From Verrucomicrobiota bacterium (GTDB lineage Bacteria; Verrucomicrobiota; Lentisphaeria; Lentisphaerales; Lentisphaeraceae), in the NCBI GenBank assembly GCA_039798785.1, contig JBDKFG010000001.1, positions 128,001-192,000 on the forward strand: DNA of 64,000 nucleotides, written 5' to 3'. This document shows positions 1-9,735 of this stretch, one piece after another. The notes below the pieces were generated by a model. The model saw nothing but the letters and a program-made list of their open reading frames with translations, did not search any database and was not told where the DNA came from. Position numbers and translations under genes: made by a program. Position 1 is the stretch's first letter; every line of letters starts with the position of its first letter.

Positions 1-351
1 CGCCGGGTTGTAGAGCTCCATCTCCTTCGCCATCATCAGGCAGGGCTGGGCCTTGCCGTCGCTTTGGCGGAGCATGTAGTCGCTGCGGCCGATGCTGTGC
101 GACTTCTCCATCTTGATTTCAAGGACGACGAAGCTGTGTCCGGCGGCGGCCTTGCGGATCTGCGGCTTGCCTTCGGCGTCGAGATAGTTCAGGCTGTCGC
201 ACAGGCTCGCCTTGATCAGCATGCCTTCGCGCAGACGGATGGGAAGAATGCCCGCCTTCTTGGGGGCGTTGGCGGCCGGGCTCAGGGTGGCGGCATCGCT
301 TGCGGGGGCAGGAGTCTGGAGCAGCAGGGCGGCGGCGATAAGGCTGATCAT
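1..351 (-). CDS. Hypothetical exported protein (5' part; runs off the window edge)
   Basis: Manual translation from ATG at 351: MISLIAAALLLQTPAPASDAATLSPAANAPKKAGILPIRL..., open to position 1. Signal-peptide-like N-terminus, directly downstream of hemC on the same strand. Not in the ORF track because it is truncated. Confidence 0.65.
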   Translation of the reverse strand, partial: MISLIAAALLLQTPAPASDAATLSPAANAPKKAGILPIRLREGMLIKASLCDSLNYLDAEGKPQIRKAAAGHSFVVLEIKMEKSHSIGRSDYMLRQSDGKAQPCLMMAKEMELYNPA

Positions 352-365
352 GGTCGCCCCTGTTT

Positions 366-1280
366 TTAGAGGATTTGGGACAGCAGTTGACGGCCACCTG
401 CGTCGAGGAGTTCGGCAGCCAGGCGGCTGCCGCTTCCGCGGAGTCCGGAGACAAGGCCGGAGGCGCTGCGGCGGATCAGCTTCGAGCCGTCGGGCGAGGC
501 GATGAAGGCGTCGAGCCGGAATTGATCCCCGAGGATGCGGGCGTGGCAGCCGGCAGGGATCTGGCAGGAACCGCCGATCGCCAGGTTGAACTCGCGTTCG
601 ACCTGGACGCAGGCCGAGGTGTCGGCGTGGTCGAGCTGACGGATGAGCTCGAGCACCGGGGAGTCGGCGAGGCGGCATTCGACTCCGACGGCGCCTTGGC
701 CGACGGCGGGGATCATCTGTTCGAGATCGAGGATGCCGGTGATGCGCTGGCCGAAGCCGAGGCGTTTAAGGCCGGCCGCAGCCAGCAGGATGGCGTCGTA
801 GCGGCCTTCGTCGAGTTTGGCGAGGCGGGTGTCGACGTTGCCTCGGAGGAGTTCGATCTTGAGGTCCGGACGCCAAGCGAGGATCTGGGCGGCGCGGCGG
901 AGCGACGAGGTGCCGAGGGTGGCGCCCTGGGGGATCTCGGACGGAGAGGAGATCTTGTTGGAGAGGAAGGCGTCGCGGGGGTCCTCGCGCTCCAGGATGG
1001 CGGCGAGCCCAAGGCCGGTGGGCAGTTCGGAGGGGACGTCCTTCATCGAATGGACCGCCAGGTCGGCACGGTTTTCGAGCAGGGCATCCTCGATCTCTTT
1101 GACGAAGAGCCCCTTGCCCCCGACCTTGGCGAGGGCCACGTCGAGGATCTTGTCCCCCTGGGTCTTGAGTACGAGCAGCTCGATTTTCGCCTCGGGCCGG
1201 AGAGCGAGGAGACGGGCGCGGACGTGTTCGGCTTGCCAGAGAGCCAATTTCGAGCCGCGGGTGGCGATGCGCAGGGTCAT
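366..1280 (-). CDS. hemC: Hydroxymethylbilane synthase (porphobilinogen deaminase)
   Basis: IATRGSKLALWQA, GGKGLFVKE, AVHSMKDVP, GTSSLRR, RGNVDTRL, GSCQIP. Start placed at MTLRIAT (1280) rather than 1460. Confidence 0.97.
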   Translation of the reverse strand: MTLRIATRGSKLALWQAEHVRARLLALRPEAKIELLVLKTQGDKILDVALAKVGGKGLFVKEIEDALLENRADLAVHSMKDVPSELPTGLGLAAILEREDPRDAFLSNKISSPSEIPQGATLGTSSLRRAAQILAWRPDLKIELLRGNVDTRLAKLDEGRYDAILLAAAGLKRLGFGQRITGILDLEQMIPAVGQGAVGVECRLADSPVLELIRQLDHADTSACVQVEREFNLAIGGSCQIPAGCHARILGDQFRLDAFIASPDGSKLIRRSASGLVSGLRGSGSRLAAELLDAGGRQLLSQIL

Positions 1281-1516
1281 GATGGAATTACCTGGATGAT
1301 TGTGAAGTCTCCCAGTATAGAGCCGACTCAGACGCGGACAAGGTGTGCAGGCTGTTTGAGAGGCGCTATGTTGCGGTGATGAAACTCCACAAGCAGGGCT
1401 GCGCCAGCGCAGTTTATAGAGTGCAAGGTTGAATGACAAGATCATGAATATCGACGACAAGCCGACACAGCCGGGCGCGCCGGCCTCCGCCGAGGCTTTC
1501 CGGAGCGAGCGTTAGA

Positions 1517-2233
1517 ATGCAACTCCACATCAGCAGCCGCCGCATCGCCGAGCCCCGCTCGGCTCCGTCATCCTCCTTCCATCTCAAGGAAGGCGGGGAG
1601 ATCGCCTCGGGCTCCTTTGCCGGAGAGGGACGCTGCCGCTTCACCCTGTCTCTGCACGAGGGCCGCCCCCTCTTTGAGCTGGAGTCCGGAGAGGCCGAGA
1701 TCCAGGGGGTGAAGCTCGCTCCCGGACGACACAAGCTGGTGAGCGGCCAGCAGCTTGAGGTCGACGGACTAGCCCTGTCGGTCTCCATTCTCCATCCTGA
1801 GGCGAAGCGCAGCCGCTTCGGTTTTTTCACCTTGGCGGCCTTCGCCGTCGTCCTGGCCATCCTGGCGCTGCAGTTATTCGTGCCAGCTTGGCTGCAGCAG
1901 CGCGCCGACAATGGAACCGGGCTTAAGCGGCGCATCCTGCTTGACGCCGTCGCCGGCTTGATCGACGAGAAGCGCAAGCAGGTGGCGGAGATCCCCTCCG
2001 GCCTGAGCGCCAGCCGCGTCGGCATGCTCAAGGATCTGAAGGCTGAGCTCGATGCCATCGGTATTGAGATCCGTCAGAATCCCGACCGGATGAGCAACGC
2101 CGACTTGAGGAAGATCCGCGACTCCTTGGGCCGTTACGACGCCATCCGCGCCCAATTGATCGAAAATCCCGCGATCGACCTGATACCTCGCCTCGATCCC
2201 TCCTTGGCGGTCTCCGCCGCCCTGGCGCCTTGA
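1517..2233 (+). CDS. Membrane-anchored hypothetical protein, degenerate FHA-like N-terminal beta domain
   Basis: Beta-rich N-terminus ending ...IQGVKLAPGRHKLVSGQQLEVDGLAL (resembles the FHA C-terminal half), one TM segment (FFTLAAFAVVLAILALQLFV), helical C-terminus. Stop overlaps the next start. Confidence 0.6.
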   Translation: MQLHISSRRIAEPRSAPSSSFHLKEGGEIASGSFAGEGRCRFTLSLHEGRPLFELESGEAEIQGVKLAPGRHKLVSGQQLEVDGLALSVSILHPEAKRSRFGFFTLAAFAVVLAILALQLFVPAWLQQRADNGTGLKRRILLDAVAGLIDEKRKQVAEIPSGLSASRVGMLKDLKAELDAIGIEIRQNPDRMSNADLRKIRDSLGRYDAIRAQLIENPAIDLIPRLDPSLAVSAALAP

Positions 2234-2802
2234 TGAAGCTGGTTCCTTCGCGCCGGGGCTTGCGATGGTGGCTGATCGCCCTTCTGCTGCTGCCGCTGGT
2301 CGCCAGCCCCTTGTGGTCCTGGTTCCAGGAGTGGCGTCGCGAGCAGCTGGTGCGTCCGGTGGCAGAGCGTGCCGCAGCCAAGCACGGACTTCCCGTTTCC
2401 CTGGTCCTGGCGGTGATCAAGCAGGAGTCCCGTTTCCGCCCCCATTTGAAAGGCGGCAAGGGGGAATTCGGACTGATGCAGATCATGCCCGCCGTCGCGG
2501 CGGATTGGGCCAAGGCGAACCGCCGCGAATCCTTCCGCTCGCTCGACATCCTGCTCCAGCCAGAAACCAATCTCGAAGTCGGCTGTTGGCACCTCGCCCG
2601 TGCGGTGCGGCGCTGGCGCGATGCCGGCTATCGCGACTGGCTCAGCCTTGCTCTAGCCCAGTACAACGCCGGAGCCACCCAGGTTCTCAAGCAGGAGTGG
2701 GCGCCGCCGGACAAGGCCGGCGACGCGCTCTCACGTATTGACTGGAAAGGCGTCCGAGCCTACGTAGAAAAAGTCAGCGACTACAAAAGACGCTACGATT
2801 AG
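2233..2802 (+). CDS. Lytic transglycosylase (SLT domain), N-terminal membrane anchor
   Basis: VIKQESRF (catalytic Glu), GLMQIMP, ETNLEVG, AQYNAG motifs. Confidence 0.92.
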   Translation: MKLVPSRRGLRWWLIALLLLPLVASPLWSWFQEWRREQLVRPVAERAAAKHGLPVSLVLAVIKQESRFRPHLKGGKGEFGLMQIMPAVAADWAKANRRESFRSLDILLQPETNLEVGCWHLARAVRRWRDAGYRDWLSLALAQYNAGATQVLKQEWAPPDKAGDALSRIDWKGVRAYVEKVSDYKRRYD

Positions 2803-2822
2803 ATCTCGGCCCGGCAAGGGAA

Positions 2823-2851
2823 GGCCCGCTCCGGATCTGCCGGGGCGGGCC
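2823..2851. terminator. GC-rich hairpin between convergent genes
   Basis: ggcccgctccgg-atctg-ccggggcgggcc; no clear U-tract. Confidence 0.45.
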
Positions 2852-2868
2852 CTGGAACGCCGATTCCT

Positions 2869-4908
2869 TCAGCTGATGTGGATGTCGGGCGTGAACTGGA
2901 TCAGGATGTCGAAATCTCCGGAGCTGTAGACCTGGTGTTCGCCGTCCTCGGCGAAGAAATAGTGGTCGAAGCTCTCGGCGCCCGAGTCGGTGATGTTGAG
3001 GGTCGTGAGCAACTCGTCCTCCGCCGATTCGTAGACGATGATGCGGAATCCGCTGCTGCCGGGCGCGGCGATCGCTTTGATTTCCGCGAAGCTTAGGATG
3101 TGGTCGGCGGAGGTGCTGCCGAGGCGCAGCACCTCGAGGTTTTTCAGCTCGGTTTCGGGAAGCCCGTACAAGGCGCCGGAAACGGTCAGATAGTCGACGC
3201 CAGCTCCGAAGTCGATGTTCACTCCGGCGGCGAGATCCAGTTCCCCCATATCGATGAGGTCGCTGCCAGAACCGCCTTTGATGCTGAGGCTGAGTTCGTC
3301 CATGAGAATTAGGTAATTGCCGTCGTTGCCGAGCTGGATCAGGCCGCTGCTGCCGCCGCTCGTCAAGTTGGCGAAGCTTTTTCCCTTGAGGCTGATCTGA
3401 TCGCGGCCGCCGCCGCAGGAAATCCAGGTGTCGGTTTCGCCCCAGACTGTCAAGGTGTCGTCGCCGGACTCGAGAGAGACATGAGCTTTGAGGTCGCCCC
3501 GGATGTCGATAAGATCGTTGCCGGCGCCGGCATAGATCTGGCCGCTTTGATTCCCTGCCACGCTCAGGATGTCTTGGCCTTCGCCCAAGCCGACAGAGGA
3601 GGCCGAGTCGCCTTTGAGAGTCACTTTGTCGTCGCCGGCATCTGCCTGGATGGAGCCGGAGAGGGAGTCGCCTTTGAGGGTCAGACTGTCGTTGCCCGCA
3701 CCGAGATAGATGTCGCCGGAGAGGCTCTGGAGGGTGTTCTCGACGATCTGCGGTTCATCTCCGAGGGATTGCGGCAGCAGCGTCATGCCGTTGTCGCGGT
3801 TGAGGAAGAGGATGTCGTCGCCGCTTCCTGCATCGATCCAGCCGAGGTTGTCGCCGTTGACGGTGAGTCGGTCGCTGCCTTCATTCAGGGCGATGCTGCC
3901 GTAGTTGCGGCGGCCGATGCTGGCCGTGTCGTCGCCAAGGCCGAGATTGACACCGGCCAGGAAAATGTCCGAGGGTATCTGGGTGATTAAAAGGTCACGC
4001 TTGATGACGAGGCTGTCTTTGCCGGCGCCGAAGTCGAAGTAAGGGTCGATGGCATCGCGGCCGAGAGTCATCTTGTCATCGCCGTCGTTGCCGTAGAAGC
4101 TGCCGCCGTAATCTCCGCCGAAGCTGACGACGTCAGCGGAGTTGCTGAGGCCGATGGTGCCGTAGCCGGATTTTTTCACCGTCACGGTTTTGACTTGGCT
4201 GGCCGTGGTGGCGGCGCCAAGGTCCGAGCCGGCATAAAGACTGCCGCTGAAGGAGCCGGCGCTGAAGCTGTCCTTGCCGCCGCCGAGATCGGCGAGTCCG
4301 TTGAAGGAGCCGGAGAGACTCACCGAGTCGTTGCCACTGCCGCTGTAGAGATCGTAGTACTCATCGCTGTAGGAGCCGCTGAAGTGACTCCCGGAGAAGC
4401 TGTTGTTGCCGTCGCCGAGGTCGATGATCGATTTCCATATGCTGACGCTGGATTTGATCTTGTCGTCGCCGGAGCCGAGGAGGAATTCCGCGTCGCTGAC
4501 GGTGCCGCCGCTGATCGTGACGTTGTCGGCGCCTTTGCCGGTGAAGATGTCGCCGCCGAAGAAACCTCCTTTAATCGTGACCGAGTCCGCATCATCATTC
4601 AGATTTTCATTCGGGGCGCCGGTGTCGACGAGGCCGAAGAAGCTCTTGCTTATGACGACGACATCCTTGCCTGCGCCGAGGGAGAAATTGACATTCTTGC
4701 CACTGACGCCTTTGAGGGTGAGGGTGTCGGCCAGGCTGCCGCCGAATATGTATTGCGGGGAGGTCGCAGAGATCGCGCCGCTGAGGAGGGCGATGCTGTG
4801 GCTGTGGTCTTCGTGATCGGGGAGGAAGGAGTCATCCAGCCGGGTGCCGACAAAGGGGAGATCGAGGTTGCTCAGAGAGTCATAGAGGAAGAAAGGCGTG
4901 GCGGTCAT
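2869..4908 (-). CDS. RTX-like Gly/Asp-rich repeat protein (calcium-binding beta-roll), paralog 1
   Basis: Many (L)GxGxD-x-hydrophobic repeats (LGSGDDKI, LGDGNNSF, AGSGDDIL, LGAGNDSL, ADAGDDKV). No Sec signal. Aligns by eye with 9736..11739. Confidence 0.8.
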   Translation of the reverse strand: MTATPFFLYDSLSNLDLPFVGTRLDDSFLPDHEDHSHSIALLSGAISATSPQYIFGGSLADTLTLKGVSGKNVNFSLGAGKDVVVISKSFFGLVDTGAPNENLNDDADSVTIKGGFFGGDIFTGKGADNVTISGGTVSDAEFLLGSGDDKIKSSVSIWKSIIDLGDGNNSFSGSHFSGSYSDEYYDLYSGSGNDSVSLSGSFNGLADLGGGKDSFSAGSFSGSLYAGSDLGAATTASQVKTVTVKKSGYGTIGLSNSADVVSFGGDYGGSFYGNDGDDKMTLGRDAIDPYFDFGAGKDSLVIKRDLLITQIPSDIFLAGVNLGLGDDTASIGRRNYGSIALNEGSDRLTVNGDNLGWIDAGSGDDILFLNRDNGMTLLPQSLGDEPQIVENTLQSLSGDIYLGAGNDSLTLKGDSLSGSIQADAGDDKVTLKGDSASSVGLGEGQDILSVAGNQSGQIYAGAGNDLIDIRGDLKAHVSLESGDDTLTVWGETDTWISCGGGRDQISLKGKSFANLTSGGSSGLIQLGNDGNYLILMDELSLSIKGGSGSDLIDMGELDLAAGVNIDFGAGVDYLTVSGALYGLPETELKNLEVLRLGSTSADHILSFAEIKAIAAPGSSGFRIIVYESAEDELLTTLNITDSGAESFDHYFFAEDGEHQVYSSGDFDILIQFTPDIHIS

Positions 4909-5039
4909 GGCGGGTCCTTCTGGATTGCTTGCTGTTCAGTATCATCCGCAGTCGCGGCAGTTGCAAAGAAAGTACCGCGCCCGGAGCGCTTCGGGTGAGG
5001 CTGAAATTCATCGGACTTCGGAAGCGGCGTCGCCGGGAA

Positions 5040-5660
5040 TCAGGAGCCGCCTGGCTTGGGGAACTGGCGTTCGAACATGTCGACGAAATACTGCAGGCCG
5101 GCGCCCTCCAGGACGAGCATCATCTCCAGGCTGCGGCCATTTGCCGACAGGCCGATGGGGGTGCAGAGCATCAGCTGAGCCTGGCCTTCATCGACGGTTT
5201 GCAGCTCGACATCGAAGACCGAGCAGTTGTTGTTGCGGAAGTAGCGCGGCAGATCGAATTCGACACACAGTCCGAGGATGTTCATCACTGATCCGATGAG
5301 GTTGGAGTTCATGATGTTGCCCATTTCCAGGAGGATGTCGTTGCGGGCCTCGACATCCTTGGGCAGATCCTGGCCGGCCATGATCAGTTCGATCCAGTCG
5401 ACCGGGTCGACATTGAAGACGCAGATGCCCTCGCCGCTGAAGGGGCCGCGAAAGCGCTGCAGGATGCAGCTGTGCCAGCCCGGCGAGCAGTTGCTCAGGA
5501 GCTCCTGCAGGCCGGCCGCGTAGACCACTTGCACCTTGTGCATGTGGATCTCGATCTTGTGGCTGGTCAAGTCGCTCAGCGTCGACGCTGCGCGGCCGAC
5601 GCCGATGTTCATCGATTCCGCCAGGATGTCGACCTCAAGGGCTGTCAAGGGCCGGGTCAT
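5040..5660 (-). CDS. CheC-family chemotaxis phosphatase
   Basis: Two D-x3-E-x2-N motifs (DILAESMNIG, DILLEMGNIM), NIGVGRAASTLS, QRFRGPFSG. Confidence 0.85.
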   Translation of the reverse strand: MTRPLTALEVDILAESMNIGVGRAASTLSDLTSHKIEIHMHKVQVVYAAGLQELLSNCSPGWHSCILQRFRGPFSGEGICVFNVDPVDWIELIMAGQDLPKDVEARNDILLEMGNIMNSNLIGSVMNILGLCVEFDLPRYFRNNNCSVFDVELQTVDEGQAQLMLCTPIGLSANGRSLEMMLVLEGAGLQYFVDMFERQFPKPGGS

Positions 5661-6037
5661 ACACCTGCCTCAAGTGACTTGAGGATCGCCGCAATCGCCG
5701 CGCTGTCGCCGGTCTTATTGAGGAATGCCTTGCACTTGAGTTCTTCAGCTTCTTCCTTGATCTTGTTCTGGATGTTGGCCGTCACCATCACCACCGGGCG
5801 CTCGGGATCGATCTGCCGGATCTGCCGCAGGGCCTGGATGCCGTCGACCACCGGCATCAGGCAGTCGAGGAAGACCAGGTCGTAAGGGCTGTTCTTTTCG
5901 ACGGATTGACGCACCATCTCGACTCCGATCTGGCCGTTGCTGGCCTGTTCGATCTGGGCGGCAGGAGCCGCCGCACTGATGTTTTTCATCAGAATCATCC
6001 GGCTCATCATGGAGTCGTCGACAACGAGAATGCGCAT
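5657..6037 (-). CDS. Single-domain response regulator (CheY-like)
   Basis: ILVVDDS, VFLDCLMPVVDG (phospho-acceptor Asp), VMVTA, FLNK. 4-bp overlap with the CheC gene. Confidence 0.92.
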   Translation of the reverse strand: MRILVVDDSMMSRMILMKNISAAAPAAQIEQASNGQIGVEMVRQSVEKNSPYDLVFLDCLMPVVDGIQALRQIRQIDPERPVVMVTANIQNKIKEEAEELKCKAFLNKTGDSAAIAAILKSLEAGV

Positions 6038-6153
6038 AGAGCCTCCTGAATGTGGCAGTCGTTACCGTGTCCCGAGGCGCAGACTTCATGCCATGGTCAT
6101 TGCGCCGCGGCGGCCAGGGTGTGCCGGGCGGCGAGTGTCGTTTTTTGCGACAG

Positions 6154-6945
6154 TCAGCGGCTGTGACGGCGCCGCCAGACTTCGCCCAGGACGGTTGCGG
6201 CGGCGGTGGCGACATTGAGGGATTCGACGGCGCCGCTGCCGGGGATGGCGATGTCGGCCTGGCAGGTCTCCCGGCATTCGCGGGTGAGTCCTTCGGCCTC
6301 GCTGCCGAAGACCAGCAGGAGTTTCGAGGGGAGTTCGGCGGCATAGAGGTCGTCGCGTGCGTGTCCTGAAGTGGCGAGGCAGCGGAAGCCGGCGGCGGCG
6401 AAGGCTCGCAGGATCGGCAAGGGGTTTTCGCTGTCGATGAAGACCAGTTTCTCGAAGCCGCCCTCGGCGCTGCGCGCGGCGGCGGAGCTGAAGCCGGCTC
6501 TTTGGCGCCCGCAGGCGATCAGGGCGGCGGCGCCGAAGTGAGCGGCGACGCGGGCGATGGCTCCGAGATTGTGGGGGTTGCCGATGTCTTCAAGAAGGAT
6601 GACGGTGGCCGGGCCGGGGCGAGCGGCGAGCTCGGCGGCGAGTCGGGCCGGCGAGGGAGGAGGAGGGGGGGCGCGCAAGAGCACGCAGATGCCCTCGTGA
6701 TGAGTCGAGCCGCTGACTTTTGCCAGCTCCGCCGCGTCGGTGACGCGGTAGCCGAGGCGCTGGCTCGCCAGCCAGCGCATCTCGTCGCCGAAGGCAGGTG
6801 CGCGGCTGTCCTCAAGCCAGACCTTGATGATCGCCTCGGGGCGGTTCTGGAACACGGCGCGGCACGCCGCGGCGCCGCAGATCTTGAGTTCGTCGTCGCG
6901 ATCCGCGAAAGGGCCGGGCGGGGGGAGGGGACGGGCGTCTGGCAT
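6154..6945 (-). CDS. TrmH/SpoU-family RNA methyltransferase (YfiF-like)
   Basis: STHHEGI, NPHNLGAIARVAAHFG, VFGSEAEGL, VESLNVATAA. Start placed at MPDARP. Confidence 0.9.
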   Translation of the reverse strand: MPDARPLPPPGPFADRDDELKICGAAACRAVFQNRPEAIIKVWLEDSRAPAFGDEMRWLASQRLGYRVTDAAELAKVSGSTHHEGICVLLRAPPPPPSPARLAAELAARPGPATVILLEDIGNPHNLGAIARVAAHFGAAALIACGRQRAGFSSAAARSAEGGFEKLVFIDSENPLPILRAFAAAGFRCLATSGHARDDLYAAELPSKLLLVFGSEAEGLTRECRETCQADIAIPGSGAVESLNVATAAATVLGEVWRRRHSR

Positions 6946-7048
6946 GGCTTTCTCCTGTTTTTTTTCGCCGGCAAGATAACCCAATTGCCAGACTTATGTT
7001 GCGCCGCCGCCGGGTTTGGCCTATGTTTCCGGCGGAGGAGAAGTCCTG

Positions 7049-7597
7049 ATGATCACAGTACGCAATATCGACATCGCCGTCACCAGCAGCGGATTCCTGC
7101 TCACCTTGCAGGAGAATGAAGGGCGACCCGTCCTTCCCATCGGCGTCGGCATGGCTGAGGCCCAGGCGATCTCCCTCGCCCTCAGCGGCTCCAAGGCCGA
7201 GCGCCCCCTCACTCAAGATCTTCTCCATCAAGTGGTGCGGAGTCTGGGGGCGCAGGTCACTGCGACCTTGATCCGCCGTTACGACCGAGGCATTTACTAC
7301 GCCGAGCTGCAGCTCGACACTCCTGCAGGCCGCCTCAGCCTCGACTGCCGCCCCTCCGACGCCATCGGCCTCGCCCTGCGCTGCCGCGCCCCGGTGTTCG
7401 TCTCCGCCGAAGTGATGGCGAAATGCGGCGTCTGCTGCGGCCAGCCGCCCTCCACTGCGGGCCTGCCTGAGGCCTTCGAGCCGGCGGCGCCGTCCGAAAA
7501 CAGCCTCGAATCGCGGCTGAGGAAGGCGGTGGCTGCCGAGAACTTCGAGCTCGCCGCGCGGCTGCGCGACGAGATCTCCCAAGAACGCCGCCGCTGA
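7049..7597 (+). CDS. Bifunctional nuclease (DUF151) with C-terminal UVR domain
   Basis: LPIGVGMAEAQAI, RPLTQDL, DCRPSDAIGLALR, AVAAENFELAARLRDEI. RBS ggagga upstream of ATG 7049. Confidence 0.9.
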   Translation: MITVRNIDIAVTSSGFLLTLQENEGRPVLPIGVGMAEAQAISLALSGSKAERPLTQDLLHQVVRSLGAQVTATLIRRYDRGIYYAELQLDTPAGRLSLDCRPSDAIGLALRCRAPVFVSAEVMAKCGVCCGQPPSTAGLPEAFEPAAPSENSLESRLRKAVAAENFELAARLRDEISQERRR

Positions 7598-7599
7598 GC

Positions 7600-8235
7600 A
7601 TGCAGATGAATTTCCGTGTCTTCAACTTTCCTGTGACGATCGAGCCGATGTTCTGGATCGTCTCCCTTCTTTTCGGCCTGATGGCCGGACTTTCACCTGT
7701 CTTCCTTCTGCTTCTGATCGCCGCGATGTTCATCGGCGTCCTGGTGCATGAGTTGGGCCATGCCTTCACGGCGAGAAGATACGGAGGCAGGGAGACCTCC
7801 ATCCTGCTGCACGGCTTCGGTGGTACCACCACCTGGCACCCCAGCCGCCGGCTCACCTGGAAGGAAAGCTTCCTGGTCGCTGTCAGCGGGCCCTTCCTCG
7901 GTTTCGTCCCCGGCCTGATCGCCTTCGTCGTCCTCAGCCTCTTCAGTCGCGAAAGCCTCGGCCCGGCGCTGGTGTTTTTCCTCAAGGTGGTCTACTTGAT
8001 CTCGATCATCTGGGGACTGATCAATCTCGTGCCGCTCCGCCCGATGGACGGCTTCCAGGCTTTGGGCAGCCTGCTGAGCCGCAAGCGTTCTCATCCGCCG
8101 GCCTGGCTCGAAGGGGTCTCCGTCGCTTCCGGCATACTCCTCGTCCTCGCTGCTTTGCATTTCCGCTACTTCTTCGCCGCCATCCTCTTCGGGTACTTCA
8201 CCTGGCTGTCGTTCCGGCAAATGCGTCATGATTGA
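7600..8235 (+). CDS. Site-2 protease family (M50) membrane metallopeptidase
   Basis: HELGH zinc motif, AVSGP, NLVPLRPMDG; multiple TM segments. Confidence 0.9.
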   Translation: MQMNFRVFNFPVTIEPMFWIVSLLFGLMAGLSPVFLLLLIAAMFIGVLVHELGHAFTARRYGGRETSILLHGFGGTTTWHPSRRLTWKESFLVAVSGPFLGFVPGLIAFVVLSLFSRESLGPALVFFLKVVYLISIIWGLINLVPLRPMDGFQALGSLLSRKRSHPPAWLEGVSVASGILLVLAALHFRYFFAAILFGYFTWLSFRQMRHD

Positions 8236-8301
8236 GTCATCAGGAACGCGGGACGTGAAATTGATTCTAGAGTAGCCTCACCACAGCGAGGATACATCCC
8301 T

Positions 8302-9663
8302 ATGAAATTCGTCTCCACCCGCGGCAGCGCCGCCCCCCGCAGCTTCAGCGAAATCGCTCTCGAGGGCATGGCCCCGGACGGCGGTCTCTACGTCCCTGAA
8401 ACGATTCCCGATTTCCGCCCGCTCCTGCCGTCCCTGATCGGACTCTCCTGGGAGGATCTGGCGCTGAAAGTGATGCATGCCTACGCTGACGACTTGAGTG
8501 AAGCGGAACTGCGCGCCCTGATCCGCCAGGCCGCCGCCAGCTTCGCGACGCCGGTGGTCACTCCACTGGTTGACATCGGCCCCTGCCGCGTCCTCGAGCT
8601 TTTCCATGGACCCACCCTCGCCTTCAAGGATGTCGCACTGCAGTTCCTCGGCGCTCTTTTCGAGTTCCTCCTCGCCCGCAGCGGCGGGCGACTCAACATC
8701 GTCGGGGCCACCTCTGGCGACACCGGATCGGCCGCGATTTCCGCCCTCCGGGGGCGCCCCCGCATCGGCGTCACCATCCTCCATCCCGAAGGCCGCACTT
8801 CGCCCTTGCAGCGCCGCCAGATGACGACGGTGCTCGACGCGAACATCCACAACCTCTCGGTGCAAGGCAGCTTCGATGATTGCCAGTCTCTGGTGAAGAG
8901 CTTGATGAATGATCTCGAATTCAAGGAGAGGCACCAGCTAGGAGCGATCAACTCGGTCAACTTCGCCCGGATCCTGGCGCAGATCGTCTATTACTTCTCG
9001 GCCTGGAGCCAGGCAGGCGGCAAGGCCTTGAGCTTCGTCGTCCCGACCGGCAATTTCGGCGATATCTATGCCGGCTATCTCGCCGCCCGCATGGGCCTGC
9101 CGGTGCGTAAACTGGTGCTCGCCAGCAATGCCAACGACATCCTGCCGCGCTTCTTTCAGACCGGCGACTACCGCCGCGGCCAGGTGCATCACACCGCTTC
9201 GCCGTCGATGGACATCCAGGTCGCTTCGAACTTCGAGCGCTATCTCTGGCACCTGCAGGGAGGTGAGGCCACCCGCGATCTGCTCGAAGGGTTTGGTCGC
9301 GACGGCTCCTTGCGGATTGCCCAGCCTGATCCCGCGGGCCTCTTCGCCGCCGTCGCCTGCGATGACGAGGCAACCCTCGCAGCGGTCAAGTCCGCTCATG
9401 CACTCTCCGGTGGCTATGTTCTCGATCCACACACCGCCACCGCCTGGCATGCGGCGCAAAAAACAGGTCTCCTCGGCCCTGACTGCGTCCTCCTCGCCAC
9501 GGCGCACCCGGCGAAATTTCCCGAGACCGTCCGCCAGGCTTTGCCCGGCGTCCATCCTCGACACGAGATTCTGGATCGCCTCGAGAGCCTCCCCGAACGA
9601 TGCTCTCGCCTTGCCAACGACTTGTCCGCCCTGAAGGATTGCGTCAGCCGCAATGCGGTGTGA
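8302..9663 (+). CDS. thrC: Threonine synthase
   Basis: FVSTRG, DGGLYVP, ELFHGPTLAFKD (PLP Lys), GATSGDTGSAA, NSVN, VPTGNFGD, SPSMDIQVASNFER, TAHPAKF. Confidence 0.97.
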   Translation: MKFVSTRGSAAPRSFSEIALEGMAPDGGLYVPETIPDFRPLLPSLIGLSWEDLALKVMHAYADDLSEAELRALIRQAAASFATPVVTPLVDIGPCRVLELFHGPTLAFKDVALQFLGALFEFLLARSGGRLNIVGATSGDTGSAAISALRGRPRIGVTILHPEGRTSPLQRRQMTTVLDANIHNLSVQGSFDDCQSLVKSLMNDLEFKERHQLGAINSVNFARILAQIVYYFSAWSQAGGKALSFVVPTGNFGDIYAGYLAARMGLPVRKLVLASNANDILPRFFQTGDYRRGQVHHTASPSMDIQVASNFERYLWHLQGGEATRDLLEGFGRDGSLRIAQPDPAGLFAAVACDDEATLAAVKSAHALSGGYVLDPHTATAWHAAQKTGLLGPDCVLLATAHPAKFPETVRQALPGVHPRHEILDRLESLPERCSRLANDLSALKDCVSRNAV

Positions 9664-9684
9664 AACTGCCGTCCGTATGCAATG

Positions 9685-9719
9685 GCAAAGCCCCCGGCCA
9701 TCGCGGCCGGGGGCTTTGC
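9685..9719. terminator. Bidirectional intrinsic terminator
   Basis: Perfect 15-bp stem gcaaagcccccggcc-atcgc-ggccgggggctttgc between convergent thrC and RTX paralog 2. Confidence 0.75.
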
Positions 9720-9735
9720 TTGCGCGAAACGTTTG

